Under the pieces are notes generated by a model. It did no database searches. It worked only from the letters and a program-made list of their open reading frames with translations, and was not told the origin of the DNA. This document shows positions 1 through 10,407 of a stretch of DNA of 64,000 nucleotides, piece after piece. Position 1 is the first letter of the stretch; each line of letters opens with the position of its first letter. The position numbers were made by a program, and so were the translations under genes. This DNA comes from a virus (Duplodnaviria; Caudoviricetes), in the IMG/VR virus record IMGVR_UViG_3300027914_001343, positions 32,001-96,000 of that record. The stretch is one strand, 5' to 3'.

Positions 1-33
1 TGGGGAGTTACTTGTTTCTTGGGTTACGGACGC

Positions 34-1458
34 TTAGTCCTTGGAAGCTTCGTATTGCTTGACCGAGAGTTCGACGTAGTCGAGCAGGCACTTGCCAGTG
101 GTCAGAGCGTAGGAGCCGAAAGTAGCGAACGGTTGATCGCAGAACTTGCCGAAGTTCTTGAAGACGGCCTGCAGTTCCTTATGCGTATTGCGCTTGCCTT
201 CGACTTCTGCTTTCTTTTCGTCGTCAGTAGTGTCTACTTGATCGCTGCCTTCACCAGCCTTCTTCTTGGCAGCGTCCGTGTCTTCACTGAACGAAACCTT
301 TTCCATCTTCTCGGCCATCTTGATGACGTCATCCTTCAGCTTGCTCAGCTTGTCAGACGTACCACGGAAGACCTTGATCTTGGTAGCAACTTCTTCAACT
401 TCGTCGCAGATGTTGCCCATGGAAGTCTTGTCAAGCGTATTGAGCTTGAAGTTCGTCAGTTCTTTCTTCTTCGGATCGAAGCTTTCGCGACGGAAGGACC
501 ACTTGGCCAGAGACTTGAAGTCAGTAGTATTTTCTTTTGGCGAAACCAAGACCATTGCTGCGTTACCAGGCATTTCTGCTGACTTTTTCACATCAACAAC
601 GTTGGTGTCGTATTCGCCGAAACCCTCATCCTTGGGATTGTTAACGGCGATGTCGGCGATTTGACCAGCGTAAGCGCCGAGTCTGATACTCCTGGCAGCT
701 TGCTCGGCGTCGCTTTGTTTCTTGTCGATGGCGTAGGCGATAACTTCCTTGATCTTGTCAGGTACGTCAGAAGCAAAAGTAGCGGCCTTATCGTAAATCT
801 TTACTGCGGTTTCCTTCAGGGCAGTAGAACCAGCAGTAATACTGCTGCCATTACCGGTCATCCACAGGGCCTTAGCGATACGTTCGTCTTCGAAGTCCTT
901 TTCCTTGGCCGAACCAGTAAGACCATTCACGCGTTCGCCGAGAGCCTTAGCGCGAGCTTCCAGCTTTTCAGCAGCACCGAAGATCTTCAGGAAGAAATCT
1001 TTCACTTTCTTCCAGCCGTCTTTCAGGGCCTTGATGATGGCATCCCAGATTTCCTTGACCTTAGCCTTAAGACCTTCCAGAGCCACACGAGTAGCTTGTT
1101 GACGCGAACCAGCGCCGCCGAACGATTCCAGCGATGTCTTGCCGCGACCGTGAACCGGATAACCCATGCGGTTCAGCATGTGATCAGTAGCAACCGCCAG
1201 CACAGCCGCACCGTTGCGGTCCAGACCGCCAGTTTGCATTGCCGATTCCAGAGCGAAGATCATGGATTCCATGGCTTCCTTGGTTTCAGCTGCTTCTTCA
1301 GTTTCTGCATCAGCAACTTGCAGTTCCTGTTCGGCCTGTGCCACGTCAGTCAGATCAGTTTCCAGACTGTCGGCGCCAGCGCCAGCTTCAGGTGCGGCAG
1401 CGACAGCATCAACGTCGCTGCTTTCCATGGAGCGAAAAATTCCAATGTGTTTACGCAT
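34..1458 (-). CDS. phiKZ-like internal head (inner body/ejection) protein, gp93/gp95-type paralog family
   Basis: 474 aa. Acidic propeptide with many S/A-x-E prohead-protease sites (SME, SLE, AME, ALE) and the family-typical 'SLESFGG...VALEGLKAKVKEIWDAIIKAL' segment. Strongly biased codon usage. Confidence 0.8.
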   Translation of the reverse strand: MRKHIGIFRSMESSDVDAVAAAPEAGAGADSLETDLTDVAQAEQELQVADAETEEAAETKEAMESMIFALESAMQTGGLDRNGAAVLAVATDHMLNRMGYPVHGRGKTSLESFGGAGSRQQATRVALEGLKAKVKEIWDAIIKALKDGWKKVKDFFLKIFGAAEKLEARAKALGERVNGLTGSAKEKDFEDERIAKALWMTGNGSSITAGSTALKETAVKIYDKAATFASDVPDKIKEVIAYAIDKKQSDAEQAARSIRLGAYAGQIADIAVNNPKDEGFGEYDTNVVDVKKSAEMPGNAAMVLVSPKENTTDFKSLAKWSFRRESFDPKKKELTNFKLNTLDKTSMGNICDEVEEVATKIKVFRGTSDKLSKLKDDVIKMAEKMEKVSFSEDTDAAKKKAGEGSDQVDTTDDEKKAEVEGKRNTHKELQAVFKNFGKFCDQPFATFGSYALTTGKCLLDYVELSVKQYEASKD

Positions 1459-1552
1459 TTCGAAATGCTCCTATTGCAATAGGTGTTTATAAAAAAACAA
1501 AGTACCCGCGCGGTACAGTACATGACTTCGCAGTCACTATAGTATTTACATA

Positions 1553-2158
1553 CTACACGTCACCGAAAAGAATGTGCAGCGTTCCCAGCAGATCTTCAAG
1601 TCCGCCAGGATGGGAAACCCATTGATGAATAACATCAACGAGTTTATTGTTGCGTGGTTCCCGTACATAACCAGGAGTGGTGATACCGAAATAACAAACA
1701 GCCTTCAAAGAAAGCTCTGTTCGGAGTTCACCAGTGTCGTCATGTGTAACCAATGCTTGCCATGTCTGCAAAGGCAGATCACGCTGACCAGTCTGAAGGA
1801 AGTTCAGACAGTCATCGAGGAAGGCAGAATGATTATCACCAAAGTACGGGGTCTTCATTTGCGTACGGAACCAAATATCGAAATAGTCAGTACCGAAAGC
1901 ATTCAGCGCAACGATGAGTACGTTCTTTTTGAATTCGAGCGTATTCGTCTCAGTTGCACCGGAGATGTTCTTCTGATAAAGCTCTTCAACCTGCGGATTA
2001 CCAACAAGTGTCTGGTTGTCAGACGTCTGAAGGATCTTGAAGGTGTTCTGAACGGCTTGGACTTCGGTAGACCCACCGGTCTGGCGGGCCTGAATCCGAT
2101 TGCTAAGCTGAGCACCCAAGAATCCGCGAGGAAACAAGCGGAACTGGAGCTCACGCAT
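1553..2158 (-). CDS. conserved jumbo-phage protein (phiKZ gp91/92 position), probable virion protein
   Basis: Start moved to ATG 2158 (MRELQ), which has a GGAG SD and overlaps the upstream stop. Assignment is by synteny. Confidence 0.6.
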   Translation of the reverse strand: MRELQFRLFPRGFLGAQLSNRIQARQTGGSTEVQAVQNTFKILQTSDNQTLVGNPQVEELYQKNISGATETNTLEFKKNVLIVALNAFGTDYFDIWFRTQMKTPYFGDNHSAFLDDCLNFLQTGQRDLPLQTWQALVTHDDTGELRTELSLKAVCYFGITTPGYVREPRNNKLVDVIHQWVSHPGGLEDLLGTLHILFGDV

Positions 2159-3047
2159 ATTTCTTCTCCATCTCAGCGATGTCAAAGTTCAAGCCATTGA
2201 TACGGTCTTCCAAGTACTTGATTTCCTTTTGGACCTTGGCATCAGGCTTGCCTTCAGAAACACGTTGCAGGTTGAGCTTACGCAGCTGTAGCAGCGTCAG
2301 TTCTTCCTTGGCCGACTTGTAACGCTTTGCCTGCCATTCGGCGACACGCATGCCGATGTGGTAAACCGGGTTCAGCCAAACAGGGATGAAACGCATCGAG
2401 AGCGGATCAACCTTGTTCATGCCAACAGTTTCCGGAAGAGTATCGACGTTGTCAGGAGTAACCACGATATCGGGAATATCACCGAGGTTCTTCTTGATTT
2501 CGTTCGGATGCCCAACCACCACATTAAAGGCAGTACAGAACGTAACGAAATTGCGTTCGATCCATTCCTTCTCAGCCGGCGTCAGGCTGTCTTCAACCTT
2601 GGTGTCAGCTGTGTCGTATTCGGCCAGCTCGTAGATGTAAACGTAGTTCAGCAACTTACGAGCATACTTGGAGACGAAGCTTACACATTCGACAAACTGA
2701 AGGAGTTGTGCCTTCATGTAAGTCATACCGGCACTCGCAACGTTTTCGTTGTAGATGCGTTGGATCATGTCTTCGACGTTTTCAAGGTTTTCCAGAGCAA
2801 CGGGAATACCCTTCTCGATGACAGCAATCATGTTGCCGGAACCGAACTTCACTTGACGGTCGAAGATCTCAGCACGATCAACGATCTGCGGAGACTTGAA
2901 TTTCCACGTCTTCAGTACTTGGAGTCCGTTCACATAAGCCGGATGAGTGATGTCTTTCAGTTCGACACGCGTAACACGAATGTCTTCCATCACGTCATCT
3001 TTTTCGAAGCTCGGAACCAAGGACTTAAGAAAACTTTTGATGTCCAT
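2151..3047 (-). CDS. virion/inner head structural protein (phiKZ gp90-like)
   Basis: 298 aa ORF with AGGA SD. C-terminal coiled coil after 'NPVYHIGMRVAEWQ'. Synteny. Confidence 0.65.
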   Translation of the reverse strand: MDIKSFLKSLVPSFEKDDVMEDIRVTRVELKDITHPAYVNGLQVLKTWKFKSPQIVDRAEIFDRQVKFGSGNMIAVIEKGIPVALENLENVEDMIQRIYNENVASAGMTYMKAQLLQFVECVSFVSKYARKLLNYVYIYELAEYDTADTKVEDSLTPAEKEWIERNFVTFCTAFNVVVGHPNEIKKNLGDIPDIVVTPDNVDTLPETVGMNKVDPLSMRFIPVWLNPVYHIGMRVAEWQAKRYKSAKEELTLLQLRKLNLQRVSEGKPDAKVQKEIKYLEDRINGLNFDIAEMEKKYA

Positions 3048-3062
3048 TTTCTTCTTTCCTTA

Positions 3063-4193
3063 TCAGAGAGTAGGGGCATTACCTAGCTGGTATGCTTTCA
3101 ATATTTCAGACACATTCGGACCAGAACCCTTCGATGCAGTCTTCATATCACGTACGCCGAGTTGCGTAACTTCAGCAATGCCGCGGTGATAGATCGTGAT
3201 ACGTTCCCAGGACTTGTGGATAACCACGGCGATCATCAGACTGGTTTCATCGAAGATGCGTTCACGAGTCTTGAAGTCCTTGAAATGACCATTGATTTTC
3301 AGTTCGAGTTCGGCCAGCGTAGTATCAGACATCACCACCATGTTGGAGGCAGTAGCGACAGACGGATTACCGGACAAGAGAGTCGACAGCTGGTTCTTGC
3401 GCTTGCGGTTGATGATGTTGGTATAAACACCATCCTTATCAGAGATCAGATTCTTGCGATGTGCTTCGATAATATCGTTGCACAGCAGAATGTCTTTGAC
3501 GAAGTGCAAACGGCCTGAACGCCAACCGTGCCAACGTTCTTTCATCGAAGTATCGTCCTTGCCGAACGACAAGATATGAACAAGGTTGGCTGTGGGCATC
3601 GAGCTCGCAATCAACCGAATATTGATCGGGATGCTTGCGGTCTTGTCACCGTCAGTGATTTCCACCGAGAGTGCTTTACCCACGGACAGGTCAGCGAGTT
3701 CTTTCAGTTCGACAGCCGCATTACGGCGCGGATCGCCAGCAACTGCTTCCACACGACCATCGTTGAAGTTTTCGGCATCTTCTGCGTCGCCACCATTGCT
3801 GAACGGATTAGCTTCAAGAGCTGTCTGTCCTTTATAGAAAGGCAGACCGTTCCGGTAACTTTCTTGCGCCATCAACCAGCCGGCTGAGTTAGCTGCGGCT
3901 TCACCAGGATCACGGCTCGGATTGAACTTTTCCAGGTGACGCATAACGTCAATACGTCCAACAGTCGTAGAGACAGCGATGGCTTGCAGGTAATAACCAG
4001 CAAAGATGTTCAGAAGCGATTGCTGAACGTCATGCATGCAATCGAGGAACATGCAATCAGTGTCGATCAGCACAATCGGTTCAACACGCGCTACTTTTGT
4101 GTAATCGATCAGAGAGTCAGACTTGCTAGCGCGCCACAAGTCCGTTACTTTACGTACAACATTCAGTCCAATCGAACCAATATCGGCTGACAT
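3063..4193 (-). CDS. virion/inner head structural protein (phiKZ gp89-like)
   Basis: Start moved to ATG 4193 (MSADIG, AAGGA SD). Internal AQE/ALE processing-type sites. Synteny. Confidence 0.65.
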   Translation of the reverse strand: MSADIGSIGLNVVRKVTDLWRASKSDSLIDYTKVARVEPIVLIDTDCMFLDCMHDVQQSLLNIFAGYYLQAIAVSTTVGRIDVMRHLEKFNPSRDPGEAAANSAGWLMAQESYRNGLPFYKGQTALEANPFSNGGDAEDAENFNDGRVEAVAGDPRRNAAVELKELADLSVGKALSVEITDGDKTASIPINIRLIASSMPTANLVHILSFGKDDTSMKERWHGWRSGRLHFVKDILLCNDIIEAHRKNLISDKDGVYTNIINRKRKNQLSTLLSGNPSVATASNMVVMSDTTLAELELKINGHFKDFKTRERIFDETSLMIAVVIHKSWERITIYHRGIAEVTQLGVRDMKTASKGSGPNVSEILKAYQLGNAPTL

Positions 4194-4223
4194 GATCTGT
4201 TCCTTCTTTAGGGATTTTTTAAA

Positions 4224-5357
4224 ATGGCAAAAAAGACAACTCAATCTGAAGACGCCGTAAATGCACAAGCGCCTAAGGGACGGTCAGTCTCTGATACTAT
4301 CGACACAGTCCAGTCTATTTCTTCTACTGGGGTAATGTCGACAGCTATTGGCGATAGTTTTTACGGTATCAACCACAGACAACAACCGTCCGCTATCCAG
4401 ATTAACAAGGATATGCATGGGTTAACGTTCTTCACCAGACCACGTTTGAATCTTACTTCGGAAAATATTCGAAATGTAAGACAACTCACACCATTGTTAA
4501 CAAATGAAGCAATGAGCATTCAGCGGATTATTCGCTGTACTCTTGATCCACGGCTTGCTAAAATGGCAGCACCGGTCAGCAGTCCGTTTGTTGATCCGCT
4601 TCAGGCGTTTATTCCTATTCTCACTAACCACCTTCTCTCCATGAGTGGTTGGCCGGATTGGGATGCTCCGACATTCACATCGCACGAAGGCCTTATGAAA
4701 GAGGCATATTCGATTGTTGATGGGGAAGTTAGTAATTATTCGACATACGATATTACAGCGAATTTCCGTAATTTGGATGGCGACCCTATTACTACCTTGA
4801 TTGCGACCTGGATTCGTTATATGTCGTCGGTCTATATGGGTGATCTTGTTCCATATCCGGATTCATTAATTAGTAATGAAATTGACTACAACACTCGTAT
4901 CTATCGCGTAGTTCTTGATCCAGCTAAACGCAAGGTTCAGAAGATCGCTTGTTGTGGTGCCTCATTCCCGCTTAACTGCCCTCTTGGTGCTGCTTTCAAC
5001 TTTGAAGCAGACAAACCACTGAACCAATCAAACGATCAGATCTCTATTAGCTTCCGTTGCATGGGTGCTTGTTATAATGACGACATCATCATTGATGAGT
5101 TCAATCGCACTAGCGGGTTGTTCAACGTCGGAATGCAAGAATCGTCATTTAAGAAAGACGCGGCTGGGAATGTAACAAATAAATTCCTTGTCCAGATCAA
5201 GTATGAATGGCTTAATATTTTTAATTCCAGGGGCTATCCTCGAATTGATCCTGATACTTACGAACTTCAATGGTGGGTAACCAAAGAAGACTATCAGCAA
5301 AAAGTAAGTTCTATTCAGTTCCAAGATAGTATTCCAACTGTAAAGAGGATTGGCTAA
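4224..5357 (+). CDS. virion structural protein (phiKZ gp88-like)
   Basis: 377 aa, divergent from gp89-like. 'GLTFFTRPRLNL' motif. Coupled to the next gene (TAAATG). Confidence 0.6.
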   Translation: MAKKTTQSEDAVNAQAPKGRSVSDTIDTVQSISSTGVMSTAIGDSFYGINHRQQPSAIQINKDMHGLTFFTRPRLNLTSENIRNVRQLTPLLTNEAMSIQRIIRCTLDPRLAKMAAPVSSPFVDPLQAFIPILTNHLLSMSGWPDWDAPTFTSHEGLMKEAYSIVDGEVSNYSTYDITANFRNLDGDPITTLIATWIRYMSSVYMGDLVPYPDSLISNEIDYNTRIYRVVLDPAKRKVQKIACCGASFPLNCPLGAAFNFEADKPLNQSNDQISISFRCMGACYNDDIIIDEFNRTSGLFNVGMQESSFKKDAAGNVTNKFLVQIKYEWLNIFNSRGYPRIDPDTYELQWWVTKEDYQQKVSSIQFQDSIPTVKRIG

Positions 5358-8264
5358 ATGGCTACCGAAAACGTAAGTAAGCTTCAGGAAAACATTCTGA
5401 AGTATCCTTATAATCCATCCTTGATTCAACGTAATGTCCATGATCATCTTGATTATGTTCTTAACGGAACGATGGACATTGTTGATCCAATGAATCCTTT
5501 TGTGTTTCTGATGGAAGCTTCCTGCGTCCTTACCGCTACAGCAATGTCGAAGACTGAAAGCGCTACTCGTGCTATGTATGCTAAGTTGGTACAAACAGAA
5601 AATGATTTATACCGTCATATGTCGGATGAAGATTATGTCGACCGGTTTGCTGTACCGTCTAAAGCGACTATTTCGTTGCTGTTCTTTAAGGAAGAAATTA
5701 TTGACAAAATGGTTTACGATTCTGTCAATGCTTATTACAAGATCGTAATTCCACGTAACACGGTTTTCACTGTGTCTGAAACCTCCTTCTCTCTGCAGTA
5801 TCCGATTGAGATTCGCAAACTCTCTCATGGTGGTTTGCAAGTTGTCTATGATGGCACTATTGTCTCGCCATTGAAAACACTTGAAACAAACATCATCGAT
5901 TGGGAAATCCGTGTTAACGCAGCTGGTGAGTGGATCTATTTCCAAATCGAAGTGGACCAATTCGCTGTTCAAACTTACAGCTACCCAGTGACTGCTGGCG
6001 CAAGCTTCAAGAAGTCAGTTGCCATTAGTGACAGTTTTTACTACGCTAGAGCGTACGTTGAAAATAATGATGGTAGCTGGACAGAAATCAAAACAACGCA
6101 TTCTGAGCAGGTTTACGACCCAGCAACGCCTACTTTAGTGCTAAGACTCGCTGACGGTAGTCTGACGGCTACATTGCCGCAGATTTACATCAATACTGGA
6201 CTGGTTAGCACTACTGTTCGTATTGATGTTTACGAAACCAAGGGTGATATTTCTCTTGATCTTGGTGCGTATCCTTCCGAAGCTTTCACTGCAAAATGGC
6301 TGGCGCTGGATACCGATCAAGATGACCCAACGTACTCTGCTCCTCTGAGTTCTATTAAGTACTTGCTGATCTACTCGGACAGCAACACTACTGGTGGTGC
6401 TGCAGCACAAAGTACAGCTGAGATTCGTTCGTCGGTGATTAATAATGCAAATGGCAAGCAAGACATTCCGATCACTCCTGCTCAAATCGAAGGCAAACTC
6501 GCTCGTAGCGGCTATTCGATTATCAAGAATGTCGACAATGTTACCAACCGTGTCTATCTGGCAACCAAGCCAATGCCAGCGCCGTCTAACCAAAAACTCA
6601 TTACTGCTAGTGCAGCCAACATCCATTCTGTCATTACTAGCTTTAAGAGCGCTGTCGCAAACTCAACAGTGATCGACAATGGTGATTCTGTCACGATTAC
6701 TCCGGACACGCTCTTCCAAGTACAGGACGGGTTGGTTGTTATTGCGCCTAATGGTGCCAAGGAAGCTATCATGGCGCTTTCTGTAGAAGAGCGCGCTCTG
6801 AAAGTAACTTCTGGTAACTATCTCTGGACTCCGTTCCATTACGTTCTTGATGCGAGTGGTTCTGAGTTTGATGCTCGTGCTTACTATCTGGATAAACCCA
6901 GCATCGTAAGTAAGAGTTTCGGTGCTACTAATGACACGCTTGGTCTGGAAATCGGTACTGATAGCATCAGTATTGCTAAGGAAGATAAGCGCTTCGTTGT
7001 AACACTGGTAACTAATACCTCTGACGAAGTGAAGGAAATGGGAAATGAAAATTTCCATGTCCAGCTCGCTTATATTCCTGACGGAGAAGTTGACCGCGCA
7101 TATCTGACTGGTAATTACATTGGTAAGACAAGTGCTGGTGAGTGGGTTTATGAATTCTATCTTGATTCTAGTCTTGATGTAAATTCTTCTGACTCTATCG
7201 AACTCACTAGTTTCCAGATGTATAGCCCTATTCAGAAGAACACCCGTTCTCCTTTGGAAAAGCAATTCGATATCTTGTATTCGTATTCTGGGTCTCGACC
7301 AAGCCAGTGGGTGAGTGCAGCTATTGATACGTATCTCGGACGTTTCCAGTTGCCGGCTTTGATTGCTGCAGTTACACACGAAACACTCAAGATTAAGTTT
7401 GGTGATGCTCTTGAGCAACTTTGGGTAAGATCGCGTACGATGGTGGAAACACTTGAATACGAAACTTATCCTGAAGACGTTCTTTCTTTCTGGGAAGAAG
7501 ATGTTTACGAACGTGATGCAAATGGTTCTGCAGTACAGATCGTTGATGGTGCAGTTGTCTTCAAGAAATTGCATTCGAAGGGTGATCCTGTTTTGCTTAA
7601 TGGCGAACAAGTCATTAAGTATAAGAAAGGTACTGTTGTCCGTGATGCGTACGGCAAACCAGTTGTAAAGAACGAGCGTGGATTGCAGCACCAAGTAGAC
7701 ATTCTGTTCCTGGAAGGCCCCTACAGTTTCGCTACAGACACAGTGGCTGTTGGGTACAGGAAAGAAATCATTTCTACGTTGTTGTCATGGATTACTAAGG
7801 ATCTTGAAAGCATCAACAAACGCTTGCTTGAAAGAACCAAAGTTTACTTCTATCCAAAAGCAACAATTGGAAAGGTTGATGTTCTCGTTGGGGACGGAAT
7901 GCCGGCAAGTATCGACGCAGGTCAGGCTTTTGTTGTTGACCTTTATGTGTCTGATTCTGTCTACGCCAATAGCGATCTTCGAAGTGAAATCGAACGTGTT
8001 ACTGTTACTGTGTTGAATGATGAACTCGATACAGACGTTGTAGCTATCAGTAAGCTTAAGAAGAGCTTGCGTGAGTCGTACGGGAATGATGTTCTCGATG
8101 TTGAGTTGAGCGGTATTGACGATGGGAAATACACTATCGCCACTATTCTTGACGATGCTGCTCGACTGAGTATTCGAAAGAAACTGGTAGCACAAACTGA
8201 CGGTAGTCTCACTGTGAAGGAAGACATTACAGTGAACTTCTTCAACCATAGTCTTAAATCTTAA
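5358..8264 (+). CDS. large virion structural protein (phiKZ gp87-like, probable baseplate component)
   Basis: 968 aa, beta-rich. Synteny. Followed by a bidirectional terminator. Confidence 0.6.
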   Translation: MATENVSKLQENILKYPYNPSLIQRNVHDHLDYVLNGTMDIVDPMNPFVFLMEASCVLTATAMSKTESATRAMYAKLVQTENDLYRHMSDEDYVDRFAVPSKATISLLFFKEEIIDKMVYDSVNAYYKIVIPRNTVFTVSETSFSLQYPIEIRKLSHGGLQVVYDGTIVSPLKTLETNIIDWEIRVNAAGEWIYFQIEVDQFAVQTYSYPVTAGASFKKSVAISDSFYYARAYVENNDGSWTEIKTTHSEQVYDPATPTLVLRLADGSLTATLPQIYINTGLVSTTVRIDVYETKGDISLDLGAYPSEAFTAKWLALDTDQDDPTYSAPLSSIKYLLIYSDSNTTGGAAAQSTAEIRSSVINNANGKQDIPITPAQIEGKLARSGYSIIKNVDNVTNRVYLATKPMPAPSNQKLITASAANIHSVITSFKSAVANSTVIDNGDSVTITPDTLFQVQDGLVVIAPNGAKEAIMALSVEERALKVTSGNYLWTPFHYVLDASGSEFDARAYYLDKPSIVSKSFGATNDTLGLEIGTDSISIAKEDKRFVVTLVTNTSDEVKEMGNENFHVQLAYIPDGEVDRAYLTGNYIGKTSAGEWVYEFYLDSSLDVNSSDSIELTSFQMYSPIQKNTRSPLEKQFDILYSYSGSRPSQWVSAAIDTYLGRFQLPALIAAVTHETLKIKFGDALEQLWVRSRTMVETLEYETYPEDVLSFWEEDVYERDANGSAVQIVDGAVVFKKLHSKGDPVLLNGEQVIKYKKGTVVRDAYGKPVVKNERGLQHQVDILFLEGPYSFATDTVAVGYRKEIISTLLSWITKDLESINKRLLERTKVYFYPKATIGKVDVLVGDGMPASIDAGQAFVVDLYVSDSVYANSDLRSEIERVTVTVLNDELDTDVVAISKLKKSLRESYGNDVLDVELSGIDDGKYTIATILDDAARLSIRKKLVAQTDGSLTVKEDITVNFFNHSLKS

Positions 8265-8266
8265 CA

Positions 8267-8300
8267 GCATAAAAGCCAGGCCGAAGCCTGGCTTTTATGC
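8267..8300. terminator. bidirectional hairpin terminator
   Basis: Perfect 15-bp inverted repeat gcataaaagccaggc-cgaa-gcctggcttttatgc between convergent genes. Confidence 0.85.
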
Positions 8301-8307
8301 TTACTAC

Positions 8308-9954
8308 CTATTTGTTTCTATTTTTTAAGTAATCAGCAACATCGAGACTACCTCTGGTCTTGTTGTTTTTCCTTCGTTTAAGCGACTTGACGAGGGTCGT
8401 AGCAACTTCGAACTTTACCTCGTCCAGAGTGCTCAGTTGTTCACCCAGTTCACGGAATAAATGTTCGTTAGCCTTATACGACTTGACCAAGTTTTCTTCT
8501 ACCAACTCAACATTACCGCCGCGCATCATGATCGCCATGATCATGCCGAGAGCTCGTCGCACAGCATTGATGAGCGTGTTCTCAGCGTCACGAATGGCTC
8601 TTGCAAAAATCTCATAGAAACCATTGAGCACAAGGTCAATGTTTTTAACAGCAACCAAGTTCTGACGCATTGCATGGAGGATGCTTTGAATCGCCCTAGC
8701 GACTTCCGGCGTAGTAGCTTCATTGGTCCCATTAACAGATGCTGATGCTGGCGAAGGAAGTGCTGCTTCAAGCTTCTCCATAGCTGTTTCGATGAAACGC
8801 ATCAAATTAGCAGTATCTTGAAGATTGTTGCAGATTTCAAACCAATCATCTCTCGTTTGAAGCGCCAAGAGATTATGGCAAATCGCACCGATCGAATAAT
8901 GGTTTTTTACTTCTGAATCCTGCAACGTTTGTCGCTGGGCATTGAGTTTGCTAAGCGCTTCTTCGAGACTAATTTGAGAGCCATTAAAATCAATCTTGAC
9001 ATCGCTTGTGATCATGCCAAAACGCGCTCTGATCTCTTCCTCGGAACCACCTATCTCTTTCAAAAGCTCCGGAACACCTTCTTTGTTGTTAAGGGCGTCA
9101 TTGTCCAGCTTTCTGTCAGAAGACTTTAAAACTCTGTTGACATTAAGCAAAAGATCATTAGCGGAATCGCTTTTCTCTTTAAGCGTTACGACAACCTTTT
9201 TGACAGACGATGCAAAGGAGGAGACCATCTTCGTGTACGGGCCTGCTTTGAAAACATCATCAAACAAAGCCGGGTTGAAGGCTTCGAAAGTTTCCATCGG
9301 GCTTTGCAGATTGTGTTCTTTGAACCAAGCGAGATCATGCCAATTGATAATGTCATCAATTGACTTGAAAGTAACCATACCTGACTTAGTTTTAAACACG
9401 CAAGGTGTACCAGCCATGAAGTGGTTAACATCAGAGATACCCTTGATTACATCGCCGATATTTTCTTTCTTAATGCGTGCTACTTCGGCGACAGTTTCAA
9501 GAGCCTTATCTGTGGCTTCTACCAAATCCTTAGCTGTCTTACCTCCGCCGCCCCCACCACCAGAATCACCAAAAACCCAACCAATTATTTTAACAATAAT
9601 GGTCATCAAAACAGCAATCCCTGCCGCAATCATTGCGCCAATGCTAAAAGACAGCGCTTCAAGCGATGCTTTGAAACGAGTGGCGGTTGGGCGTTCCGAG
9701 TAATAAGCAAGAGGAACGCCACCTGCAAACTGCGGATCAAGTCGCAAAGCTTCTTCAGCATAAGACTTACACATACCGCCAGCGGCAGCAATTTCTTCAC
9801 CGAGGTTGCGAAGATCTTCCAACCCCATAATGAGACCATCAAGTTGCATAGTCTCAGCGCTGATATCGAGCTGTTCGTTAGCGACTACGGCGAGGTCTTC
9901 ATTTTCCTCGCCGTCTTCACCTTCGTTAGCCCAGTCATTAAGACCGAAGCTCAT
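8308..9954 (-). CDS. processed head/ejection protein with hydrophobic helix and poly-Gly linker
   Basis: 548 aa. Acidic N-terminus and SLE site, then ALSFSIGAMIAAGIAVLMTIIVKIIGWVFG-DSGGGGGGG. Paralogous N-terminus to 15473-17017. Confidence 0.6.
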   Translation of the reverse strand: MSFGLNDWANEGEDGEENEDLAVVANEQLDISAETMQLDGLIMGLEDLRNLGEEIAAAGGMCKSYAEEALRLDPQFAGGVPLAYYSERPTATRFKASLEALSFSIGAMIAAGIAVLMTIIVKIIGWVFGDSGGGGGGGKTAKDLVEATDKALETVAEVARIKKENIGDVIKGISDVNHFMAGTPCVFKTKSGMVTFKSIDDIINWHDLAWFKEHNLQSPMETFEAFNPALFDDVFKAGPYTKMVSSFASSVKKVVVTLKEKSDSANDLLLNVNRVLKSSDRKLDNDALNNKEGVPELLKEIGGSEEEIRARFGMITSDVKIDFNGSQISLEEALSKLNAQRQTLQDSEVKNHYSIGAICHNLLALQTRDDWFEICNNLQDTANLMRFIETAMEKLEAALPSPASASVNGTNEATTPEVARAIQSILHAMRQNLVAVKNIDLVLNGFYEIFARAIRDAENTLINAVRRALGMIMAIMMRGGNVELVEENLVKSYKANEHLFRELGEQLSTLDEVKFEVATTLVKSLKRRKNNKTRGSLDVADYLKNRNK

Positions 9955-9957
9955 GAT

Positions 9958-10395
9958 TTAATCCTTGAGAAGCGACTGGAGAGTCATAGATGCTGCTGCA
10001 ATTGCGGATTTGTGTTCGAACAACATCGCGTAATCAGCTTCACTGATAACGTTGTCGACACCGATCATCGAACAGAAGAAGTCGTATTTACCAGCCAGGA
10101 AACAACCAGCTGGCAGATGGCAAGCATTGTAACGCACATGCCAGATCGAACGAACCAGGCTTTCAGCATACTTGAGGTCGAAAACGATCTTTTCGTTGAT
10201 GTCGGACAATGTATTCATCACACCAGTGAAGTTGGTTTGGACGTAATGAGAAATAGGGCTGTCAACTTTAGCCGACGGAATGCTGAGGCCGTAGGCAACA
10301 GCAGTAGCGACCACAGCAGCAATCACTTTGGGACGAATAACTGCATCCGGAACGAGACCTTCCATTTGCTGTACGAGAGGGAGCATGTTACGCAT
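9958..10395 (-). CDS. conserved hypothetical protein (phiKZ gp85 position)
   Basis: 145 aa with AAGGA SD, within an operon. Confidence 0.6.
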   Translation of the reverse strand: MRNMLPLVQQMEGLVPDAVIRPKVIAAVVATAVAYGLSIPSAKVDSPISHYVQTNFTGVMNTLSDINEKIVFDLKYAESLVRSIWHVRYNACHLPAGCFLAGKYDFFCSMIGVDNVISEADYAMLFEHKSAIAAASMTLQSLLKD

Positions 10396-10407
10396 GTCAA
10401 ATCCTTT

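Noticed and set aside
19-1482. Long antisense ORFs over the head gene (similar ones lie over phuZ 52471-53532, gp77-like 21240-22478 and picA)
   Set aside because: Same codon-bias shadow effect on highly expressed genes.
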